This document shows, piece by piece, positions 48,595-57,400 of a stretch of 60,030 bases of DNA. How positions within the stretch are numbered: position 1 is the first letter of the stretch; each line of letters begins with the position of its first letter. Source of the stretch: a virus (lineage: Duplodnaviria; Caudoviricetes); IMG/VR virus record IMGVR_UViG_3300040815_002799, positions 1 through 60,030 of that record; one strand, 5' to 3'. The translations under genes were made by a program, and so were the position numbers. Under the pieces are notes generated by a model. The model worked only from the letters and a program-made list of their open reading frames with translations, did not search any database and was not told the DNA's origin.

Positions 48595-51500
48595 ATGGCT
48601 CAAGTAATCATCAGATTAACAATAGGTTCAAACGCGACGGGACCATTTAGTATTTATAGTGGTTCTACACTAGATGAACCAATTTTAACTGGTGCTACAA
48701 GATTTGATCTTCAAAAAGGAGAAGTGTTTGAATTACCTGGAAGTGTTAATGGTACTGAATATAATATTACAGTAGTTGATACTTTTGATAAAAATAAATC
48801 TGAACAAGTAACAAAAAAAGTTGTAGTTTATGACGATGAAGAAGAAAATCAAAGAATAAGTAGAACCAATCCTGATCTTACACCGACCCCAACAATTCTA
48901 TATGATTATGATTTATATCTTTTTAAGAAATGTAATTCAGAATTAAACAGTACTGAATCTAAATTTTTCAATATAAAAAGAATATTCGGTAATACTGATT
49001 TTATTCAATATGAAAATGAATGTTATTATAAAGAGGTAGGGCCACTCAAGGCAAATCTAAATCATCCGCTGATTGATGATAAGTTTTTTGATAGTTGCGA
49101 GTTATGTTATGTTGATCTAGCTAAGGAATTCGAAAAGAACAGACAACCACCTCCACCTATTATATATGGTGTCACTGCACTAAATTGTTGTAACGATCAA
49201 CTAGGACATGGGCAAAGTCAAATAGCTAATTTTAATGTGAATTTTTCAGCACTTTTCCCAAACGGTATACCGATTCTTAGTCAACCGGGTCCAGCACCTC
49301 AAATAAATCTAAATTATATATTTAGTTATACCAATCAATTAGGTACATCTTGCTGGAGAATTATACAAACATATAATTTTAATTGGGCTAATGTTCCTTT
49401 GGTAAATTCACCATTTTATAAAAAATGTTCGTGGTGTTTGGGACTGAATGGATGTCAAGGAGTATTTAGGGCAATTCCATGTGAGGAAGGGTGTGGTAGA
49501 GAGTTGATAGTCACAATAAATCCAAATTTACTCCAATATATCCCTAATACTACAAATTTAGCTTCAGGAAATAATATTTTTGTTTACGAAGATATTTGCT
49601 ATGATATAGTAGAGGCTTTAAATGTATCACCTACTAGTGATGTATTAGATGTTAATAATCTATATATAACAGGATCCAAATGTTCGGCATGTGTAAGTCA
49701 ATATCCTTGTGATCTTTGGACTTATAAATTATTGAATGTATGCTGTCAAAGTACCTATATAGAAAATCCACAAGTAATTTATGTTACTGGATTCTACGGA
49801 TTAAGTCTTGGAAATTCATTTTATTATGCTGGCTATTGTTGGAGAATCATAGGTATAATCGAAGAAGAATTAGATTACCCATTCATAGGTAATGAGCCAT
49901 ATGTTGATTGTGATGACTGTTTGGAAAATGCTCCATATTATATTGAGAGTCATGGTCAAAGTGTAATATGTCCAACACCAACGGCTACAAGTACCCCTTC
50001 ACCGACCTCGGTAACGCCGACACCAACAAAAACACCGCAAGTGACACCTACATTAACTAAGACTTCACAACTAACACCAACACCCACTAAAACCAAAATC
50101 AGATGTTTACTCAGAAATTGTTGTTCAATTGCACAAACTATATTAGATATTGAGTATTCAAATAACGGTTATCCAAGTGTAAATGATGTAATTCCATATG
50201 ATAACAATTGTTGGAAAATAATTCAAGTTGACTACTCATTTACTACTGGAGGTGTTGCATCAGTTTTCGTTCCACTATCACTAGTATTCCAAGGTGATAC
50301 TGCATGTAATAATTGTGTCACTGCTGGTGGTAGTACTTTTGAATGTAATTCTAGTTTCTTTTTGGGATGTAATACAGGAATATATTACGATTTATTTACT
50401 TTAAGTTCTCCTGAATTTGAAGTTGGTCAAACATATGCCTTCAATCTGGACAATGGATTGGATGATGAGGTTTGTTATACCAATGTTCTTGTTGATCCCG
50501 CACAGATATCATATGAAAATATAACTATAGCATTTTTAGAAGAAGATAATATTACATTAATAGAATGTGATGATGAACAATGTGAAATAATTCAACCAAC
50601 TCCAGGACCTACTACTACTCCGACACCCACAGTTCTTTACAAAAGAATAAGAGCTAAAAAATGTTGTGGAGAGCAACCCAATAATCTTTTTGTGATGAAT
50701 ATCCCGGTTGAAACTGTAATCGATGTTGGTGACGTGTTGACAGTTTCACTTTTTGGACCTACAGTCTGTTTTGAATTAATTTCTTTTATCAGTCAAGGTT
50801 CGGGATGGCAAGTAGATATCATAGAAGTTTATTATGATAATGGTACTGGAATGGCATGTCCAGAATGTAGTTGTAATGCTGATCCAGATTGTACAGATCC
50901 TACATTTGCATGTACTCCAGGACCTACTTCAACACCGGCGTTCACACCTACAAATACACCAACTTCAGTAACCCCAACACCCACTAAAACTCAAACCCCA
51001 ACTCCAGAGTTTAAAAAGGTAATCATTGAGCCATGTTGTGATTTTCCAATAGTTTTAAAAGCTTGGATTTGGGTTCCTATTTCTGCTCAATTGAATCAAG
51101 CCTTCCAATACTATCACCCCTTCTTGGATGGATTATTAGCTTGTTTTAAAATAACTGAAATTGTAACAGAAAATACAAATTTGGTAGGTATACCAAACTT
51201 TATAGGGACTAATCAAATTAACTTTACTGATTGTGACGATTGTTTGGAATTTAGTCCTTGTCCTTCAACACCAACTCCGACCTCTACAACTACACCTACA
51301 CCAACACCGACCTTGACTATAGATTATATAACTTTCTCTGAACCACCGGTGGGTGCCGCGGGATGTCCGCCTTGTCCTGGATCAAATTGTAATTTATTCC
51401 CACAAAATTTACCATACATAGATGTTGTTGGTAGAGGAAGTAATTGTTGTACACATTACAATGTGAGAACCAGAATTTTTTATCTATTTGATGTACCCAA

Positions 51501-54441
51501 TAGAATTAACGATATCGATCCTATAACCGCAACTGTTCCTTACGGTGAAAAGACATACTTTGATAATGAAATGAGTATTGAGGAATGGAGTACCTTGATA
51601 AGTTTTATAGGTTCAAATTACATTTACCATACCGAAAATAATTTTATCACCGATGATAGCGTAATACAACCATTAGTTAAAATTGCACCCTTACCATTTA
51701 TACCAATTTATGCTCCTGATGATCTAACATACGAACAATCGGTTGATAAAGTTAATAGTCATCCTCAATATAATTCTTGGATTTATTATATAAATCAACC
51801 TACAAATAACACGCTTGAATTATTTAGTGAACTTTCACAAGTTGCGGCTGACATTACTTGGGGATTAGGACCATATAACCCCCAGACACATACTAGATCG
51901 ATTGATCCAATTACTAAGAAAAGATATGGAAATAATTTACCTGCGGGTCTCTTGAGAGTAAGTGGTCAATTATCATCATATAACAACTTAGAAAATTGGA
52001 AGTTGGGTGGGGAACAATGGTTAAACACCCAGGATATGCCATGGGGTAACATTACAGAGAATATCGATTTATATGATGAATATGAATTAGATTTGATTTG
52101 TTTAGATGAGGATGTTGATGATAGATATAACCCTAGAAAAGTCAAAAAATTAGTCATAATTATTCAAGATCCTGATTCCTATCAGGGTAATGCATTAACT
52201 TGGGGTCCAAATACTCACCTAACAAATGATCAGGGTAATTATTTTGGTGATAATAGGGTAAATGATCCACTGTTTACATGGTTCCAGACAAGATTTATAG
52301 TCGAAGGAATGAAATCGCCACATGCCGGAACTTTAGGAAATGCACTTTCACCTGAATTAGGTATAGAAAATATTGATGACATCCCAGTCGAAAATAACTA
52401 TTCTCCTGTTCATCATACTGAAATTATCGCCATTGGTATAGGTGATGGTGCCGATTGGGAACATTTAGAGGATCTGGCTTCATATAAAGATTTTGTACAT
52501 AAAGTCCCAGATATTAATTTACTCAATGACCAACAATACGTTGAGGAACTCAATTGTAAAATTAGTGAGAATCTATGTCAAAAACAAAGATATGGTTGGT
52601 TATGGTTAAGTGGATTGACAACAGGATTTATTTATGAATTCCACCCTCAGACACTATTTTATAATAACTACACAAATTCGCAACAAGAAGGTCCACTTGG
52701 GTATTTCACAATTGGAGATATAGTTTCAGGTACTACATATTTGAGAAGAAGAGGTGAGGTACCAAATTATACTAGATGTACAAATTTCCCCTGTGGAGAC
52801 GTATTAGATGACTATTTAAATGGATTGACTCTTAATAATACTTTGATACCAAATTGGGAGACAAAATTCAAAGTAATTAGTTATGATGAAGCGACTGAGA
52901 ATGGTAAATACAATTATCACGATTACTGGAGAATTCAACCATTGAGACCTCAAAATTCAAATGAAAAAATACTCTATAATTTTGTAAAGTTATATGAGTA
53001 TGGATACGATTGTGACACTCCAGGATGTAAATATGATGTTAATCCACCTACACTTCCAATCCCAGGTGGTGCTGATGATCCTGAAGTCTACCAAACATTT
53101 GAAGGTGTGATAAAAGTTAGAATTGATTTTTCAAATGAAATGTTGAATTACACTTCATATGAAAATTTGTTAATAGTTGGTGCTGAATGTGGTGAACTTT
53201 TAATTGAATCGTTCGAGAACACAAACGAACTGGATGGAATTACAATAGAATACGACATTTTTGTACATGATACTGATCAACTTGATGGTTTGGATAGATT
53301 CCAGTACCATGCTTGGTTAGACAACACTTATGGAAGTATTATTAATAGTGGTTATCATAAAGGTTGTATATTTACAACTGCTGGAGCACCAGGAGCACTT
53401 GGAATAGCTAATTTACCAGGTTATACTGCACAAATGTGTGTTGCTAATTCAGGATTTTTTAATCTTTCATACATAGACTTTATTTTCGTACATGAAATGG
53501 GTCATACGTTCTCTTCACATCATACTTTTATTTGTAATAGATGGCAAAAATTATTCCCTGAATTAGAAAAAGACACATTAGATAATGTTCTTCCATTTAA
53601 TTCTAATTCAACTTGTTTAGAGTGTGGAGATTATCAACCATATTACGATGAAAACGATGGTGCGGCACCATTTATGTCTTATTTAAATTTCAGAAGGACT
53701 ATGTGTGGATCAGTTAAAAATACATACGGTCCGATAGACGAAGACTTCATACCCACAACAAGAGAAAAATATCTTGTATCGACAAGTTTGAGTAATTCAA
53801 TGATAAATGACTTTGTTTTTGATCCTGTTTGGAATCAAAATTATTCAGAGATAGTAGGATATGATAAAAAAATTAATATAAGTTATTTCAAATTTTTAGA
53901 TAATGATGAACTCACATTTAATGATCCAGTATTAGAAAGTATTTCTATTTCTTTCTCATTAATAGGTAACTCGAATGGTAATAGTAATGATTTTACAAAT
54001 TTATCAGTAAAAGTGATAAATGGTATTGGAGGTATTTATGAATTCTATACTAAAGGACCAAATGACTTACAAAGTGGTGTCATAAATGATGTTACAATTA
54101 CAATTAATAATACTAACTCACCTTTCTTGAGTTTATTTGATTACGGTGACCAAGAAAATTTTGGAGTTAGATTTGAATTACAACAACTAGATCAGACTAA
54201 TAATAATTGGACATTTATTATTAGAAATTTGAATTTAAAGTTTGATTTTGCTGATGGTTCATCTATAGTTAGTAGAAAACCAAAAGATTATTATCACATT
54301 TTAAGTGATTCTACTGGGGACTATCCAATGAAAGTGACTGATGCTATAATAAGTACATCTAATAAATTCACAAGTTATGAAGGAAGTGTAATGAGATTCT
54401 GGATAGATATGTGTAAAAATTATTTTACTAATTTAAATTAA
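48595..54441 (+). CDS. Modular protein: ~8 Cys modules, Thr/Pro linkers, degenerate vWA and C-terminal metzincin module
   Basis: CC...CW/CY...CxxC repeats; KKLVIIIQD...EIIAIGIG...LEDLAS; HEMGHTFSSHH (53491-53523) with PFMSY. Confidence 0.85.
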   Translation: MAQVIIRLTIGSNATGPFSIYSGSTLDEPILTGATRFDLQKGEVFELPGSVNGTEYNITVVDTFDKNKSEQVTKKVVVYDDEEENQRISRTNPDLTPTPTILYDYDLYLFKKCNSELNSTESKFFNIKRIFGNTDFIQYENECYYKEVGPLKANLNHPLIDDKFFDSCELCYVDLAKEFEKNRQPPPPIIYGVTALNCCNDQLGHGQSQIANFNVNFSALFPNGIPILSQPGPAPQINLNYIFSYTNQLGTSCWRIIQTYNFNWANVPLVNSPFYKKCSWCLGLNGCQGVFRAIPCEEGCGRELIVTINPNLLQYIPNTTNLASGNNIFVYEDICYDIVEALNVSPTSDVLDVNNLYITGSKCSACVSQYPCDLWTYKLLNVCCQSTYIENPQVIYVTGFYGLSLGNSFYYAGYCWRIIGIIEEELDYPFIGNEPYVDCDDCLENAPYYIESHGQSVICPTPTATSTPSPTSVTPTPTKTPQVTPTLTKTSQLTPTPTKTKIRCLLRNCCSIAQTILDIEYSNNGYPSVNDVIPYDNNCWKIIQVDYSFTTGGVASVFVPLSLVFQGDTACNNCVTAGGSTFECNSSFFLGCNTGIYYDLFTLSSPEFEVGQTYAFNLDNGLDDEVCYTNVLVDPAQISYENITIAFLEEDNITLIECDDEQCEIIQPTPGPTTTPTPTVLYKRIRAKKCCGEQPNNLFVMNIPVETVIDVGDVLTVSLFGPTVCFELISFISQGSGWQVDIIEVYYDNGTGMACPECSCNADPDCTDPTFACTPGPTSTPAFTPTNTPTSVTPTPTKTQTPTPEFKKVIIEPCCDFPIVLKAWIWVPISAQLNQAFQYYHPFLDGLLACFKITEIVTENTNLVGIPNFIGTNQINFTDCDDCLEFSPCPSTPTPTSTTTPTPTPTLTIDYITFSEPPVGAAGCPPCPGSNCNLFPQNLPYIDVVGRGSNCCTHYNVRTRIFYLFDVPNRINDIDPITATVPYGEKTYFDNEMSIEEWSTLISFIGSNYIYHTENNFITDDSVIQPLVKIAPLPFIPIYAPDDLTYEQSVDKVNSHPQYNSWIYYINQPTNNTLELFSELSQVAADITWGLGPYNPQTHTRSIDPITKKRYGNNLPAGLLRVSGQLSSYNNLENWKLGGEQWLNTQDMPWGNITENIDLYDEYELDLICLDEDVDDRYNPRKVKKLVIIIQDPDSYQGNALTWGPNTHLTNDQGNYFGDNRVNDPLFTWFQTRFIVEGMKSPHAGTLGNALSPELGIENIDDIPVENNYSPVHHTEIIAIGIGDGADWEHLEDLASYKDFVHKVPDINLLNDQQYVEELNCKISENLCQKQRYGWLWLSGLTTGFIYEFHPQTLFYNNYTNSQQEGPLGYFTIGDIVSGTTYLRRRGEVPNYTRCTNFPCGDVLDDYLNGLTLNNTLIPNWETKFKVISYDEATENGKYNYHDYWRIQPLRPQNSNEKILYNFVKLYEYGYDCDTPGCKYDVNPPTLPIPGGADDPEVYQTFEGVIKVRIDFSNEMLNYTSYENLLIVGAECGELLIESFENTNELDGITIEYDIFVHDTDQLDGLDRFQYHAWLDNTYGSIINSGYHKGCIFTTAGAPGALGIANLPGYTAQMCVANSGFFNLSYIDFIFVHEMGHTFSSHHTFICNRWQKLFPELEKDTLDNVLPFNSNSTCLECGDYQPYYDENDGAAPFMSYLNFRRTMCGSVKNTYGPIDEDFIPTTREKYLVSTSLSNSMINDFVFDPVWNQNYSEIVGYDKKINISYFKFLDNDELTFNDPVLESISISFSLIGNSNGNSNDFTNLSVKVINGIGGIYEFYTKGPNDLQSGVINDVTITINNTNSPFLSLFDYGDQENFGVRFELQQLDQTNNNWTFIIRNLNLKFDFADGSSIVSRKPKDYYHILSDSTGDYPMKVTDAIISTSNKFTSYEGSVMRFWIDMCKNYFTNLN

Positions 54442-54470
54442 AAAAAATTTTTCACAATCAAAATTAGTAA

Positions 54471-54477
54471 TATTTAT
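54471..54477 (+). promoter_or_regulatory. TATTTAT motif, putative late promoter
   Basis: 5 nt before ATG 54483. Confidence 0.55.
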
Positions 54478-54482
54478 GTTTA

Positions 54483-57400
54483 ATGGCACAAGTAATTATT
54501 AGACTAACCCTTTCATCAAATGCTATAGGTCCCTTTGATATACATACGGGTTCAACTGAGACAGTGCCAATAGCCTCGAACTTAAGTAGGGATCAATTAA
54601 TTTACGGTAATTCAGTAAATCTAGATGGTTCTGAAGAAGGTACAAGTTACACATTATATATCGTAAGTAAGGAATCTGAATGTGGAAATGTAATCTCTAA
54701 ACAAATAATTGTTTATGATGATGAGGAATCAGTTAGATCTGGAGATCGATCACCAGTAGTAACTCCTAGTCCAACAACGTTAAATATTGAATACGCTCTA
54801 TATCTATTCAATAGTGTTTGTGTCTATGACGGAAATGTAAAAACTAAATTTTTCAATATACCAACAGAAGAGGATTTTGGTGATATTATATCTTTCGATG
54901 ATGAATGTTGGATAAAATCTGCAGGTCCATTGGATTTGGATTACAGACACCCATTTATAAATTCTTCTTACAGTAATGAAAAGGTATGTCTAACTGATTT
55001 TCCTTGTAGTGACACATACAAAACTGTGAACGCGAGAAAATGTTGTGACAACCTAGCAATAAGTGTATTCAATGTTCCAGAGGATATTGTAACAGGTCAA
55101 ACATTTATTTATCAGAATCAGTGTTACGAAATATTTGAATTAATTTCTCAAGTTAGTACCCCTGGAAATCCTAGAATTGAGCAAAATTTATTTTATGGAA
55201 GTTGTGGTGAATGTTTGGCGATTAAACCATGTCTATTTGTGTATGAATGTACACCATGTTGTGGAGATCAAGACACTTTCTATTTTAACATACCTATCAT
55301 ATACTTGGATAATCCGCCTAAGTCATTTGTTTATGACAATAAATGTTATAAAGTAGGTAAATTATTTGCACCATATGAAGTTTCAGTTTATCCTATAATA
55401 GACTATAATCAAGTTTTTGATGACTGTAGTAAATGTAGAAGAAACTACCCTTGTACTGATTATTATATTTATTCGGCAAAAAAATGTTGTAATAACCAAG
55501 AAGCTTCAAGTTATTTTAGACTTTATATAAATGAAAGTGAGATAAATAATACATTTTATTTTTCTTATGAAAATGAATGTTATTATACTGATCAATTTGT
55601 GTCAGAAAGTTTTTCAGTATTCCCTGAAGATATTTATCCCGAGATCGATACCTTTTATACCTCATGTAATACTTGTTTAGGTAATTTTGCATGTACCCCA
55701 GCACCAACATTTACGAATACGCCAACTGAAACTATCCCTGTGGATTTTCATACGATAGTTTGTAGTAAAAGTTGTTGTACATTCAGTGAAGATTGGATTA
55801 TTTTAAAGATAGATAAAAATTTAAATCCAGAAGAAGATAAATCAGTTTTATTTGAAAACGAATGTTATATAATAGAAACTGTAATTAATTTCGAAGTCGA
55901 TGGAAGTTTTCCAATAGTATCACAAATATTTGATAATTGTGATATGTGTTCAACTGATAACCCATGTCCAACCCCAACCCCCACATTTACCCCTACAAGT
56001 ACTACAACTAGGAAATATGTTTACGCTAGTCAGTGTTGTCCATCAGAATTTACGATAAACATTGTAATTCTTACTGATGGTGAGGTACAGTTAGGGGACA
56101 TAGTCGATGTTGAGGGAGTTTGTTATAGTGTGAGTGGATTAAATGCACCACCATCAGGTGATTATTATCCGTTATCGTCTTATAGTAACTGTGAAGAGTG
56201 TCAACTACAAAATCCTTGTCCTACACCAACACCGACCCCAGCAGTGACTCAAACAGTTACTCGAACCGTTACTGCGACTCGAACATTAACACCTACTCAG
56301 ACTCAAACGGTGACCGCCTCTGGAATTGTTGAAATAGATCTAGATTTTGGTGTTGACTATGAGACAGGATCGACAATCGCCAATTTTAGTATCACCGCTA
56401 ATACTGCTGTTACAACATTAACTACTATCCAATTCGAAAATATATTATATTTAAATGATGATAGTGGTAGAGAGGAAATTATTAGTGGTAGGGTTGATAT
56501 TTTACCAGGTGAAACCATTGGTACAGGAAGAACTACAAGTACTAGGGATCTAAGTCTATTTATTCCGTATCAAGTATCATATGAAAATATAAGGTCAACG
56601 AGAGGAAATTCACTTGGAACTGTTAACAAGTATACTAAAGTTGTATTCCCAGAAAATTCACCTATTTTAGGTTTTTATCAATTCGATAGTTGTTGTTTTA
56701 ATAGTGATCCAACAGGTCCGCCAAAAACAATTTATGCGTCAGTAGACGCCGCTTCAATTAATGGGTGGATCCAACAAGGTTATGGTATTACTTACAGTGG
56801 TGTTTGTTATTTTCCTCGGAGCTTGGCAAGTCCATCACCATCTGACATATATATAGGAACTGTATGGGGTCCTGACAATAAAGGATGTGGAACACCACAA
56901 TGTTTATGTCCAACACCAACCCCTACTGGTACCCCTTCAGTTACCACGACACCCACGCACACTCCTACTAGAACTGTAACCAAAACTCCATTCGTAACCC
57001 CCACAAGAACAATTACACCTACTAAGACTCCACCAGTCACCCAAACAAAGACTCCTGCGGTTACCCTGACCCTACAAGCGAATTATGAATGTTGGACTGT
57101 TTTCTCTTGTTGTGATCCAACATTTGGAAATATTGTATCAGTCCCTGCAGATCAAGCTGAATATGGAAAAATTGTTACTTTAAGTGGACAATGTTATAGC
57201 TTACAAACATTTGCATCACCAGGTCAATGTCCAAATGCTCCACAAATTATTGAAATTACAAATTTTGATAGTTGTGATGAATGTATATCAAGTGGTAATA
57301 CTTGTAATACACCAACCCCTACTAAGACCAGTACTGTCACACCTACAGTAACGAATACGCAAACCAATACACCAACAGTCACAGTAACTAATACTATGAC

